DNA of 64,000 bases from an uncultured Candidatus Saccharibacteria bacterium (lineage in GTDB: Bacteria > Patescibacteriota > Saccharimonadia > Saccharimonadales > CAZJQT01), in the NCBI GenBank assembly GCA_964548655.1, contig CAZJQT010000002.1, positions 15,901 through 79,900 on the forward strand, given 5' to 3'. The notes under the pieces were generated by a model. That model did not search any database. It was not told where the DNA came from and worked only from the letters and a program-made list of their open reading frames with translations. Position numbers and translations under genes: made by a program. Shown piece by piece: positions 40,364 to 49,803 of this stretch; positions within the stretch are counted from its first letter, which is position 1, and each line of letters starts with the position of its first letter.

Positions 40364-41440
40364 ATGAATGTGATAAACCTATTTGATCGTAACGCTGCCG
40401 TTGGTGAACAAGAACAGATACACCCTCGTGAAAACGGGGGTGTTTTATTAGAACCACCTATTCCCTATGAGCTTGATGTTGTTAAACGGCGCCTGCTATG
40501 GCAAACCGACATGGAAGACATTGGTCATTTTGAACGTTATGAAGTAACTTTTGATGATGGCAGCCGCTATCAAGAGCAAAAATCCATGCCACTAAACCAA
40601 GCTTATGATTTAGGTGTCAGCATGACCACGCCATGGTGGGTGCGTTTATCTGGCTATGCTACTGAAGTTCAAAAAGAGCTTGCCAAAGAAGGCATCGCAT
40701 CGGATTTAGTTGGTCCACCGGAATTTAACTTTAACTTCAAGTCTATCTTTCATTTCTTTGATCAAGTCAAAATGGAACGGGATGCCTCTGTCCAGATGGT
40801 CTTGTTTAAGGAAGCCGCTCGCAGTGGCTTGTTCAGCGAAGAGGAAATGATGGCCACCGGCTATTCACGTGGAGCAATGATGATATGGTATTTGCTGGCC
40901 TTCGAGGAAGCTTTCGGTGTAAACCTCGCATATTTCGATTCTAATGATCCATGCTTGACAGAAGCGATCTCAGCCAGCGACGTGGATCTCCATGACCTTG
41001 ATACCTATACTTATTTACCTCGCGAAATTTTGGCTGGTCGCGAAGCTATTAGACGGCACTCCAAAGAAGATAAGTGGCGGCTTGTAAAACATCATGAACG
41101 AGGCAGGCACTTTCTCTTACAGCACCTGGCGGTCGGAGCTTCAATACTAGACGGGCAGGCCGGCAAACCACTGCCATTTATACCTAAGGATAAAACGGGA
41201 TCGGTACGTTTGTACGATGACAGTATTGGCAACCAGGGTGATAAATTAAAAGCCAAACTGGTTGGCCACCCATACATCCACGTCGGCGACAGGCGAGGTC
41301 TGCACGCATCAGGCATGAGCCCAAATGTGCGACGAGCGGCCGTCGGCCGCATTGCCATTGCTCAAAACTACCATAAAGAGCAGATACCTTTTGGGAATAA
41401 AGACTTACTTAAAATAACTTATTTACAAGAAACCGCCTAA
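40364..41440 (+). CDS. hypothetical protein, possible alpha/beta hydrolase
   Basis: 358-aa ORF. GYSRG resembles a GxSxG nucleophile elbow; nothing else is recognisable. Confidence 0.65.
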   Translation: MNVINLFDRNAAVGEQEQIHPRENGGVLLEPPIPYELDVVKRRLLWQTDMEDIGHFERYEVTFDDGSRYQEQKSMPLNQAYDLGVSMTTPWWVRLSGYATEVQKELAKEGIASDLVGPPEFNFNFKSIFHFFDQVKMERDASVQMVLFKEAARSGLFSEEEMMATGYSRGAMMIWYLLAFEEAFGVNLAYFDSNDPCLTEAISASDVDLHDLDTYTYLPREILAGREAIRRHSKEDKWRLVKHHERGRHFLLQHLAVGASILDGQAGKPLPFIPKDKTGSVRLYDDSIGNQGDKLKAKLVGHPYIHVGDRRGLHASGMSPNVRRAAVGRIAIAQNYHKEQIPFGNKDLLKITYLQETA

Positions 41441-41504
41441 AGCTTGCTCTTGACGTCGGCGATGATTTCGCGGAGTTCGGCGGCTTTTTCGAATTCCAAG
41501 TCGG
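41437..41504 (-). pseudogene. dead fragment of a uvrB 3' end (UVR motif + stop)
   Basis: Encodes [24 protein letters not shown], versus the real UvrB C-terminus [24 protein letters not shown]. The frame is closed upstream by TAG and has no start codon. Confidence 0.75.
41449..41504. repeat. direct repeat copy 1 (uvrB 3'-end homology)
   Basis: Hand alignment with 42850..42905 gives 45/56 identical nucleotides. Confidence 0.8.
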
Positions 41505-41596
41505 TAAAGCCAGTTGGGTTACAAGTAAGCCGACTATTGGATGAAACCTACCAGAATATGCTTGTGTATTTCTTGATTATATGTTATTATATACTT

Positions 41597-42841
41597 ATGT
41601 CCGGTGAATTACTGACGCAGCGGGTTCGCGGTAGCGCTATGGCATTTGCCTTGGCCGGTTCCTTGATACTAGGCGGCTGTGTAGAAAGCGGTCACACTTC
41701 AAAACAGGCCGACTCCGCTTCAGCAGGATTCTCACCCTTCACCGAGACTCCCCAACACTGTATTGAACCGACAATTGACGAGATTAACACAGCGGATGAT
41801 TTACTCAGAGCACCTGAAGATCCGCTGGCGAGTATTCCAGTTTCCGTAAGTCAGAGAGGGTCTGATTACGAGGATCAGATGGCAAAATATACCGATTTCT
41901 TAAAACAAACTGCCGCCGAAGACCACGTAACTATCTTTGATGGTGCACCTGCTGCCAATAGCATTTATAACAGCCTGGCTGGCATGAAACCCGCGCCTGA
42001 ATCATTTGCCACTTACCTGACCGAGGTTCAGCAGTTTTTAGATCAACTCGGCGTGACCGTGACAGTAGCCGAACCGGGCGTAACGTACTCGTACGGTGGC
42101 CGCGTTCCGACTGCTGAAGAATTGGCTTCAAAAAGTGCCGCTTATTTATTGGCTGATATTGCCACGGCTTTTTCTAACCTGCCTAAGGAATACGTCGGGC
42201 TGGCTGGCTTGAAGCACATAATCATCGTCGCTGGTACTGATACTGAAGACGTCGCCGGGTATGCCAATACTGAATATCCGCACGACACGATTGTCCTGGA
42301 CATACTTAAAACTCCGGACCAATCAATCTCCCCTAGTGGCGTGAACCATGAACTCTATCACCTGATTGACGCTGCCAGTTGTGGTGCCGTAGACATGTTT
42401 AACGACCATGGGTTTGTAACGTTAAATGGCAACCGTATGTTGTATTCAAACGTTCCGCTTGACACAAGACCTACTTATCCTTCATACAAAGGCAGCTTCA
42501 CAACAGAAGAAAACAACGACACACAGATGCTCGTTAATGCCAACCAGCAAGCCGACAATACCTTGCGGTGTCAGATTGTTAGCCAAGAGCTCTCTGATCA
42601 AGCCGAAGTTGTAACCGTGTCAGACTATCATCCTAATCCTGCTGAAGATAAGGCCGAGATCGGCTCGGTTATTCCAAATACCAATGACTATGTTGAATTC
42701 GACAACCCGCAGTATGCCACCTTATACCCGAAATTTCGCTACCTTTTAGCTCGTTTATATCATCAAAACCCCGGCATTGTCAGGTTCTTTGCCAAAACCA
42801 GCCGGCGTCCAATGGAAGATCCACTGCGAGCAAACTGCTAG
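41597..42841 (+). CDS. putative lipoprotein with HExxH motif
   Basis: I chose the start at 41597 (MSGELL...). The signal peptide ends in the lipobox LILGGC, and an HELYH motif is present. The first 51 codons of the track ORF (41444) are the antisense of the uvrB fragment. Confidence 0.7.
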   Translation: MSGELLTQRVRGSAMAFALAGSLILGGCVESGHTSKQADSASAGFSPFTETPQHCIEPTIDEINTADDLLRAPEDPLASIPVSVSQRGSDYEDQMAKYTDFLKQTAAEDHVTIFDGAPAANSIYNSLAGMKPAPESFATYLTEVQQFLDQLGVTVTVAEPGVTYSYGGRVPTAEELASKSAAYLLADIATAFSNLPKEYVGLAGLKHIIIVAGTDTEDVAGYANTEYPHDTIVLDILKTPDQSISPSGVNHELYHLIDAASCGAVDMFNDHGFVTLNGNRMLYSNVPLDTRPTYPSYKGSFTTEENNDTQMLVNANQQADNTLRCQIVSQELSDQAEVVTVSDYHPNPAEDKAEIGSVIPNTNDYVEFDNPQYATLYPKFRYLLARLYHQNPGIVRFFAKTSRRPMEDPLRANC

Positions 42842-44802
42842 ATTTTAGACTTGACGTCGGCAATAATGTCTCGTAGTTCAGCGGCTTTTTCAAATTCTAG
42901 ATTGGCTGCCGCCAACTCCATTTGCGAGCTCAGGTCGCGGATCAGATGGCCGTATTCATCCTTAGGGATTTTCTTGAGATCCAGTTTGGCCTTTTTGGCT
43001 TCTTCGGGCATGTCAGGACGCATACCTTTTTCAATAGTTTTGGCAACGCTGGTCGGGGTTATATGGTGCTTTGTATTGTAATCTTCTTGGATTTTGCGCC
43101 GTCGGTTAGTCTCATCAATCGCCCGCTTCATACTGCCAGTGACGTGATCGGCATACATTAGCACCCGTCCTTCCTGGTGGCGAGCGGCACGGCCGATGGT
43201 TTGGATCAAGGCTTGCTCACTACGCAGGAAACCTTCCTTATCGGCGTCCAAAATGGCCACCAGACTAACTTCTGGTAGATCTAAGCCTTCTCTGAGCAGA
43301 TTAATGCCGACTACGACGTCATAAGTACCCAGCCGCAGATCACGTAGAATGTCGGTGCGCTCCAAAGTCTCAACGTCGCTGTGAAGATAAGTGACTTTGA
43401 TCTTGATTTCACTCAAATACTCAGTTAGGTCTTCGGCCATGCGTTTGGTCAAAGTTGTCACCAAAATACGCTGGCGTTTATCAATGGTGGCTCTTATTTC
43501 ATTTATCAGATCATCAATCTGGCCCTCGATGGGCTTGAGTTCAATTTTGGGATCTAGTAACCCAGTTGGGCGAATAACCTGCTGAGCCGGCTTGGGGCTG
43601 CGGCTGAGCTCATAGTCTGCTGGCGTAGCGCTAACATACACCGCTTGATTGATGTGCTTTTCAAACTCCGTAAAAGTCAGTGGACGGTTATCCAGAGCAC
43701 TTGGCAGTCTAAAGCCATGTTCAACCAACACTTCCTTGCGGGCTCGGTCGCCGTTGTACATGCCACGTACCTGGGGCATGGTCATGTGCGATTCATCAAT
43801 AAATAATAAATAGTCGTCTGGGAAATAGTCCATTAGCGTAGCTGGCTGTTCGCCTGGCTCGCGATTTGTCAGATAACGACTATAGTTTTCAATACCTTTT
43901 ACAAAGCCGGTTTCTTCCATCATCTCCAGGTCAAACCGAGTCCGTTGTTCAAGCCGTTGGGCTTCTAGTAGCTGGCCATTTTTCTTGAAATAACTTAGCC
44001 GCTCGGCTAGTTCGGCTTCAATCTTACCCAAAGCACCTTTGAGTTTTTGCTCTGGAGTAACATAGTGGCTACTTGGGAAAATTCGCACACTAGTAGGTTT
44101 TTGCAGAATTTCACCCGTCAACGGGTCAATTTGCGTGATTTTGTCTATCTGATCGCCAAAAAACTCTAGCCGATAAGCTAGCTCTTCGCCGGCTGGAAAA
44201 ACATCGACAGTATCGCCGCGCACCCTAAAGACTCCGCGATGAAAATCATGGTCGTTGCGTTGGTATTGAATATCGGTCAAGCGTCTTAATAATTTGTCGC
44301 GCTGGTGTCTTTCGCCTAACTTAACTTGCAACGACAAGCTACCGTAGTCTTCAACTGAGCCAATTCCGTAGATACAGCTGACTGAGGCGACAATGATGAC
44401 ATCACGCCTGGTTAGTAGCGCGTCAGTGGCGGCGTGTCGCAAGCGGTCAATTTCCTCATTTATTTGTGAATCTTTTTCTATGTAAGTATTGGACCGCGGG
44501 ATATAAGCTTCTGGCTGGTAGTAATCAAAGTAGCTCACAAAATAATGAACAGCGTTATCTGGAAAAAACTGTTTGAATTCTGAGTACAACTGGGCTGCCA
44601 GAGTTTTGTTATGACTGAGTACCAGAGTTGGCCTTTGCTGATTGGCAATCAAATTGGCCATTGTAAAAGTCTTGCCACTACCAGTTACACCAAGCAAAAC
44701 CTGCTCTTTAACTTTGTCTTCTAAGCCTTTGTTTAACTTAGCAATTGCCGACGGTTGATCGCCAGTTGGCTGATAATTGCTCTTTAGTCTGAGTTTAGTC
44801 AC
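42838..44802 (-). CDS. uvrB: excinuclease ABC subunit B
   Basis: ...[11 protein letters not shown]..., [10 protein letters not shown], helicase motifs, and a C-terminal UVR domain. GTG start with TAG two codons upstream. Confidence 0.95.
   Translation of the reverse strand: MTKLRLKSNYQPTGDQPSAIAKLNKGLEDKVKEQVLLGVTGSGKTFTMANLIANQQRPTLVLSHNKTLAAQLYSEFKQFFPDNAVHYFVSYFDYYQPEAYIPRSNTYIEKDSQINEEIDRLRHAATDALLTRRDVIIVASVSCIYGIGSVEDYGSLSLQVKLGERHQRDKLLRRLTDIQYQRNDHDFHRGVFRVRGDTVDVFPAGEELAYRLEFFGDQIDKITQIDPLTGEILQKPTSVRIFPSSHYVTPEQKLKGALGKIEAELAERLSYFKKNGQLLEAQRLEQRTRFDLEMMEETGFVKGIENYSRYLTNREPGEQPATLMDYFPDDYLLFIDESHMTMPQVRGMYNGDRARKEVLVEHGFRLPSALDNRPLTFTEFEKHINQAVYVSATPADYELSRSPKPAQQVIRPTGLLDPKIELKPIEGQIDDLINEIRATIDKRQRILVTTLTKRMAEDLTEYLSEIKIKVTYLHSDVETLERTDILRDLRLGTYDVVVGINLLREGLDLPEVSLVAILDADKEGFLRSEQALIQTIGRAARHQEGRVLMYADHVTGSMKRAIDETNRRRKIQEDYNTKHHITPTSVAKTIEKGMRPDMPEEAKKAKLDLKKIPKDEYGHLIRDLSSQMELAAANLEFEKAAELRDIIADVKSKI
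42850..42905. repeat. direct repeat copy 2 (authentic uvrB 3' end)
   Basis: See copy 1; this one lies inside the intact uvrB. Confidence 0.8.
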
Positions 44803-44866
44803 CGTCTAATTGTAGCAGCCATGATTTAGTCTTCACTAAAGGCATGCCACGTTTTCCGCACTTAGG

Positions 44867-44952
44867 CTATTTTCGGTGCGCTCTTGCGGAACGCAAACGA
44901 GGTGTATATGCATACAGTGAGTGCGTACCGTAAAAGAGCAAGCCGAAAATAG
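44867..44952. repeat. 86-nt imperfect palindrome (rod-like hairpin)
   Basis: CTATTTTCGG tgc GCTCTTG CGGAACGCA ...TGTAT atgc ATACA... TGCGTACCG taaa AGAGC aag CCGAAAATAG. Confidence 0.6.
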
Positions 44953-44958
44953 TCAAGA

Positions 44959-44999
44959 AGTCAGCGGTGTTTCTGGCTTCGCCAGAAAACAGGCTGACT
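44959..44999. repeat. 41-nt hairpin
   Basis: AGTCAGC ggtg TTTCTGG cttcg CCAGAAA acag GCTGACT; it begins 17 nt after the stop of the upstream gene. Confidence 0.6.
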
Positions 45000-45015
45000 G
45001 ATGCGGGAGACGTGG

Positions 45016-45627
45016 CTAACCAAGCTGTTTGTGATGGCCGTCTTGTTCCATAAACCATTTATGGCTTAGCTCAGCAGCGTTGAAGTCTTTGTATTCAACG
45101 TCTAGCATGGCTATGACCTTTTTGACCAGTCGGGCTGGATTATCATCAAGAATCATATATTGACGATTGACGGCTTCAAGGCGGTCAAGTAGTTCAGGGA
45201 TGATGTCAGCCGTGCCACCACTACCAACTAAAACACCACAAGGCATGCTGGATTCTAGAGCGGTAGTAAACTCATGCAAGCTACCGAAACGACCACCAAC
45301 AGTTATGATGGCATCGCTTGATTGGACTAGGTGGACATCACGACCAACGTAGTGCATGCCGGTGAAGTTAATAAAATCATAGACCCCGAGTGGCAAACGA
45401 TATTTAGAGACGTGTTCACGCAAACTACTGGCCGGTGAAAAACCGATGCTCATACCCCCGTTTTCCTTGGCGGCTTTGGCTGCGTAAAACGGCAAGCCAA
45501 CTGTTGCTCCGGTTGTCAAAATGTGTCCAGCTTTAGCTATAGCCTCACCCAAGTCAGCCGCTAGCTCGTGAGCGTTTTTAACAGTTTTGCCGCTAGCTGC
45601 TCCAGACACACAGATAGCATAATTCAT
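45016..45627 (-). CDS. TIGR00725 / SLOG (LOG-like Rossmann) family protein
   Basis: ICVSGAASG...G..IA.AGHILTTGATVG...A.ENGGMSIGFSP...DAIITVGGRFGSLHEF pattern. Confidence 0.75.
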   Translation of the reverse strand: MNYAICVSGAASGKTVKNAHELAADLGEAIAKAGHILTTGATVGLPFYAAKAAKENGGMSIGFSPASSLREHVSKYRLPLGVYDFINFTGMHYVGRDVHLVQSSDAIITVGGRFGSLHEFTTALESSMPCGVLVGSGGTADIIPELLDRLEAVNRQYMILDDNPARLVKKVIAMLDVEYKDFNAAELSHKWFMEQDGHHKQLG

Positions 45628-46880
45628 ACAGCGAACTCCAGCTCCGATAGCACAAAAGGTTGGTCAAAAACTCTCTCTTCCAGTTGGTTGAGTAATTGCC
45701 TTTCCAGCGCTGGTTGAGCCAAATAACGGCTATGCAGTTCATGCCAAAGACTAGCTTGCATATGGTAGGATATTCGTCTTTCGTATGGCAGCTGATTCAC
45801 AAGGTTTATAGCTACGTCCAAGAGATTGAGGCTAACTGGACCATCAGGCGCTGGTAGAGCAACATAATCAAGCTGGTGCCAAAAATGCAGGGCTGGTTCA
45901 ACCCTAAACAAGACAGCTTCGGCTTTACGGTAAGCCAGGTCACTTGGCTGGACGTGTGGTTCAAAAATTTCTGGGTGATTTAGGCGTGACTTTTGCCCAT
46001 AATGCCTTGCGATCATATGCCAGTTTATTGCCTGGCCTGCCAGATTAAAATCGTTGCTAGTTTTGTGGGTTAAGACATCGTCAATCAAGCCGCCAAAATG
46101 CGGTTGAACTTGATGAAACTTAAGATATGAGCTGTGAACGCGGATCTCACATATTTCTTTAAGGCCATGAGCAAGGCTCAAGAGCATAAGTCCTGGTCGA
46201 TTAGGGATTTCCAGCGGCAAGACCACAACCATGCCCGCTTCCCACGAGCTAACTACAAAACTGTGGTTACTAGCTACGTGTGCTTGAGCCAAATTGCTCC
46301 AGCGTTTGGCTTCCGGGTATAGAACTTCGACTGGCTTGGTCTCAAAATCGGCTGATTCTAGCCGTTGGTACAAGTGACTAAGTTTGCTATGCCATCCACT
46401 CGACTCAGTCTGTTTAGCTAGACATAGCAGAGCGGCTACGTTCTCTCGCTTTAACATCGAGTCAGCTGAGCGGTAATGCAACTGTCTCATAAGATTTTTG
46501 GGCGGATTTTTGGACAAAAGTCGGCGAATACTGGCGGCTTTTAGCGTCCAAGCCGATCTGGGTATTTTCAGACGGTTCAATACTTCTGCTGACCTCTGTA
46601 AAATACGCGTACTGTCAGCATTAGCTGTTAAATTCAATTTTCTCAGCAAGAAGCCGTCGTGTAATCTGGCTAGCTCCAAAGAGGCGCCATAAAGCTCATG
46701 TGGTGTGGTATCGCGCGGATCCAGCCCAAGAGCACGGGTTTTTTGGTGAAGCGAGCCAAATATTTCAGCCGACAAACGGATATCAACGCCAGGCTGGCCA
46801 CTGGCGGCTTCCAGCCGGTGGACTCTATTGGCCAACTCGCGCCTATCGGTTTGGGTTAAATCAGCGATTAATTTACACAT
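45624..46880 (-). CDS. hypothetical protein (418 aa)
   Basis: Long ORF with an ATGA overlap to the SLOG-like gene; no motif recognised. Confidence 0.75.
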   Translation of the reverse strand: MCKLIADLTQTDRRELANRVHRLEAASGQPGVDIRLSAEIFGSLHQKTRALGLDPRDTTPHELYGASLELARLHDGFLLRKLNLTANADSTRILQRSAEVLNRLKIPRSAWTLKAASIRRLLSKNPPKNLMRQLHYRSADSMLKRENVAALLCLAKQTESSGWHSKLSHLYQRLESADFETKPVEVLYPEAKRWSNLAQAHVASNHSFVVSSWEAGMVVVLPLEIPNRPGLMLLSLAHGLKEICEIRVHSSYLKFHQVQPHFGGLIDDVLTHKTSNDFNLAGQAINWHMIARHYGQKSRLNHPEIFEPHVQPSDLAYRKAEAVLFRVEPALHFWHQLDYVALPAPDGPVSLNLLDVAINLVNQLPYERRISYHMQASLWHELHSRYLAQPALERQLLNQLEERVFDQPFVLSELEFAV

Positions 46881-46946
46881 TTTCTTTTCTTTTTACTTGT
46901 GCCCTGTTGACTTAAGCATAACACCGCTAGACATAAGCGTAAAGAG

Positions 46947-47948
46947 TTATTTGAAGGGTTCTGGCTTGTACCAACTGGGTGCTTTTTGCAACCATTCGCC
47001 TATTTCTTGCTCGGTGAGTAAGCCGGCTTGCGCCCCGACTTTTTGAACCACGCTCATAGAGTTGATCGGTGCCCACTGCAGCGCCCCTTCTATAGAGTTG
47101 CCCTTTGCCAAAGCAGCCACAAAAGTACTAGAAAAAGCATCGCCAGCACCAGTGCGTTCAAAGGGTGGTGCTGGGTCAGGATATGGTGGCATTTTAAGCT
47201 TTTGGTTACCATCAGAGGCGTAAGCACCGGCTGGTCCATCAGTAATAACAACCATTTTAGGCCCAAGCTTGTGTAAACGAGCAAATAGATCATTGATGTT
47301 ATCGGCTTTACCACCAGAAATTTTAGCGGCTTCCTCACGGTTTACAATCAGTACAGCCGAGTGTTGATAGAGCTTAGCCAAACGCTCGGCACCGGCCTCA
47401 ATCTGAAAAGTTCCGGGCTGAAAAGCCATATTAATCTCCGGGTTTCGCTCCAACCAATCAGCTATATCATCGTGCATATTAAGGGCATGTTGGCTGATTG
47501 AACTGAAATAAACCCACTTAGGCAGTTCTTTTGGGGATAGGTGCGGCCAATGGTAGTCGTACTCCTCGTGCTTGATTAGAATTGTACGTTCTTCTTTGTA
47601 CCAAAGTACGTAATGATAATTGCTCTTTTTGTCTGGGTTGATGTGGACAAAGCGGGTATCAACCTTGGCTTGATGCAAAGCATTTATCATGTCACGCCCA
47701 TGCTGATCACCACCAACATTGGTCACAAAACCGCTTTTGAGCCCGAGTTTGGCAAAGGCTACGGCCGCATTACTGGCATTACCAACCGCTTCAATAACTT
47801 CAGCATGGTCAAATGGCAGTTTGGTGGCAAACGGCATAGTTAGCCACTTGCCGTTGGCATTTTCGTAAGATACCGCCTGATCATCAAGCAGTTTGATAAA
47901 AGCGTCCGTCACGACGTCGCCGACGGCTAAAACGTCAAATTGATCCAT
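46947..47948 (-). CDS. PfkB-family carbohydrate/nucleoside kinase
   Basis: N-terminal VGDVVTD motif and C-terminal GAGDAF motif. Confidence 0.85.
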   Translation of the reverse strand: MDQFDVLAVGDVVTDAFIKLLDDQAVSYENANGKWLTMPFATKLPFDHAEVIEAVGNASNAAVAFAKLGLKSGFVTNVGGDQHGRDMINALHQAKVDTRFVHINPDKKSNYHYVLWYKEERTILIKHEEYDYHWPHLSPKELPKWVYFSSISQHALNMHDDIADWLERNPEINMAFQPGTFQIEAGAERLAKLYQHSAVLIVNREEAAKISGGKADNINDLFARLHKLGPKMVVITDGPAGAYASDGNQKLKMPPYPDPAPPFERTGAGDAFSSTFVAALAKGNSIEGALQWAPINSMSVVQKVGAQAGLLTEQEIGEWLQKAPSWYKPEPFK

Positions 47949-47969
47949 GTTTGCCCACCATACTAACTC

Positions 47970-48890
47970 CTAGTCTACCACGGCCTTTCCAGCCGAATTA
48001 AACATATCGATCTTTTCTTCAACCACTTCCTGAACGGCCGCAATTACTTTATCCATCAACTTTACGACAGCGTACTCCGTAGGGTTGTCGGCCAATACTT
48101 TTTCTAACGTTTTACGGTAAGCCACCCGCATATCAGAGTTGATATTGATTTTACTTACGCCAACTTTGACAGCTTCTACGAAGTAATGTGAGGGCGTGCC
48201 ACTACCACCGTGTAAGCTGATATTACAATCCAGGGCAGCGCGAATTTTTTTTAGTAAATCAATATCCAGCATTTTCGGAACTGGGTATTGACCATGGAGG
48301 TTGCCAATTGCAGCTGCATAAGTATCAACACCGGTTACTTCAACAAACTGTTTGGCATCTTCCGGCACAGTAAAATGTTTTTTGATCTCGGCGTAGTCTA
48401 TTTTTTCTTTATGCAGGTTCGAGCTACCGCCAAAATAGTGTGGTTCACTTTCAACCAATGCCCCCGTTAATTTAGCGTATTCAACTATCTGTTTAGTTTC
48501 AGTAATAATCTCTTCCAAGGTAGCGTCGTGGCGAGCCTGACTAATATCAATATGGATGAACTCAAAGCCAGCTTCAATACCGGCGATTGCGGCAGCCACA
48601 CTCGGACTATGATCCAGATTTATATACATTTCTACACCTAACTGGTCACGGTAGTTATCAACCATGTCGCGGACATTGTCTAAGCCCATGGCATCAACTT
48701 CACCTTGACTGACCTCTACCATCAGTGGCGCTTTCTTAGCTGCTGCGGCTTGGGCAACCGCTTTCAAAGTTTCTTGATTATCTAGATTGAAGGCGCCTAG
48801 GGCAAAATGTTCTTGGCGGGCTCTGGCCATAGCCGCTCGGGCTCTTTGGCAGTTTTCCCTAATTTGTTCTAGCGCTAGTGGCATAATCAA
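47970..48890 (-). CDS. fba: class II fructose-bisphosphate aldolase
   Basis: ...INLDHS..., HGGSGTP, and the class II aldolase layout. Confidence 0.9.
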   Translation of the reverse strand: MIMPLALEQIRENCQRARAAMARARQEHFALGAFNLDNQETLKAVAQAAAAKKAPLMVEVSQGEVDAMGLDNVRDMVDNYRDQLGVEMYINLDHSPSVAAAIAGIEAGFEFIHIDISQARHDATLEEIITETKQIVEYAKLTGALVESEPHYFGGSSNLHKEKIDYAEIKKHFTVPEDAKQFVEVTGVDTYAAAIGNLHGQYPVPKMLDIDLLKKIRAALDCNISLHGGSGTPSHYFVEAVKVGVSKININSDMRVAYRKTLEKVLADNPTEYAVVKLMDKVIAAVQEVVEEKIDMFNSAGKAVVD

Positions 48891-48914
48891 TTCTATTCTA
48901 ACCGCTTATGACTG

Positions 48915-49802
48915 TTATCGCCAATAGATAAGCACGATTCCACCAACTGCCAGCAAAGCCGCTTCCAGTTTTCGGAAAAGATAATCGCGCTCTTTTAATA
49001 TATAGACGCTAAGCACCGCTGCCATGATAACTTTTAGACCGGTCAACACAGATATAACTGATAAGTTATTGGCGAGTTTAAGTGAAAATACAAACAGTAT
49101 ACCGCCAGCCATTCTTAACAAACTCGCTGGCAAAGCCAGAACCCAGAAGCTGCGATTTCCTAACAATCTCAGATTGGTATCAATACGGAGTGCGCAGACA
49201 AGAGAAACGACTGCCACACCGATAAACTGGAATCCCCATCCGAATACTAAATATGTGGGCAAATTCACGTGATTAAGCAAGTATTTCTCTGTGGTTGTTG
49301 CAAAAGCAAAGAAAATTGCTGCTCCAACGGATAATACAACAGCTTCTGCCAATTTCTTATGCTCGTAATGGCTTACCCTAATAGTTAGAATTAATTCGAC
49401 GCCTCCAATCAGTAACAAGCCTCCCACTATCTGAAGAGGCTTAAGTCCTTCGTGAAGCTTGATAGTCGAGAGCACTACCGCTGCTACGATGTTCAGCGTC
49501 GATAGCAAAGTGGCTACAGCCGCATCAACGTATTGGAAGACCACGTAGCTCAACATATTACTGATAGCAAAACTAATGCCGGCGAAAATAAACCATCCAA
49601 TAAAATGGTTGAAGCTGGCGGGCAAAACCTGGTTGAAGCCTTTGACAAGCGCGTAGATTAGCCCCGTGCAGGCAATCACAAGATAAATCATCAAATTCAA
49701 TGGTACTGTTGCCCGTTGAAACCTTTTAGCGATAAGGCGTGAATTAATAACGAAAACTGCTGCCAGAAAATTCTGGAACAGCATTACCACTTGCCATGGC
49801 AT
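48915..49802 (-). CDS. DMT (EamA-like) superfamily permease
   Basis: About 10 hydrophobic helices with a two-EamA-repeat appearance. Confidence 0.75.
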   Translation of the reverse strand: MPWQVVMLFQNFLAAVFVINSRLIAKRFQRATVPLNLMIYLVIACTGLIYALVKGFNQVLPASFNHFIGWFIFAGISFAISNMLSYVVFQYVDAAVATLLSTLNIVAAVVLSTIKLHEGLKPLQIVGGLLLIGGVELILTIRVSHYEHKKLAEAVVLSVGAAIFFAFATTTEKYLLNHVNLPTYLVFGWGFQFIGVAVVSLVCALRIDTNLRLLGNRSFWVLALPASLLRMAGGILFVFSLKLANNLSVISVLTGLKVIMAAVLSVYILKERDYLFRKLEAALLAVGGIVLIYWR

Positions 49803-49803
49803 G

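Noticed and set aside
41444-41596. N-terminal 51 codons of the track ORF 41444..42841 ([18 protein letters not shown]...)
   Set aside because: This stretch is the antisense translation of the uvrB-fragment repeat; the same peptide appears antisense to the real uvrB at 42851. The lipoprotein signal peptide begins at the ATG at 41597.
44880-44900. GGAACGCAAACG upstream of uvrB as a LexA/Cheo box
   Set aside because: It does not fit GAAC-N4-GTTC; there is no palindromic second half.
44867-45058. 63-aa minus-strand ORF across the hairpin region
   Set aside because: It overlaps the end of the SLOG-like gene, has no SD, and has an Arg/Ser/Thr-rich composition. The region is better explained by RNA structure.
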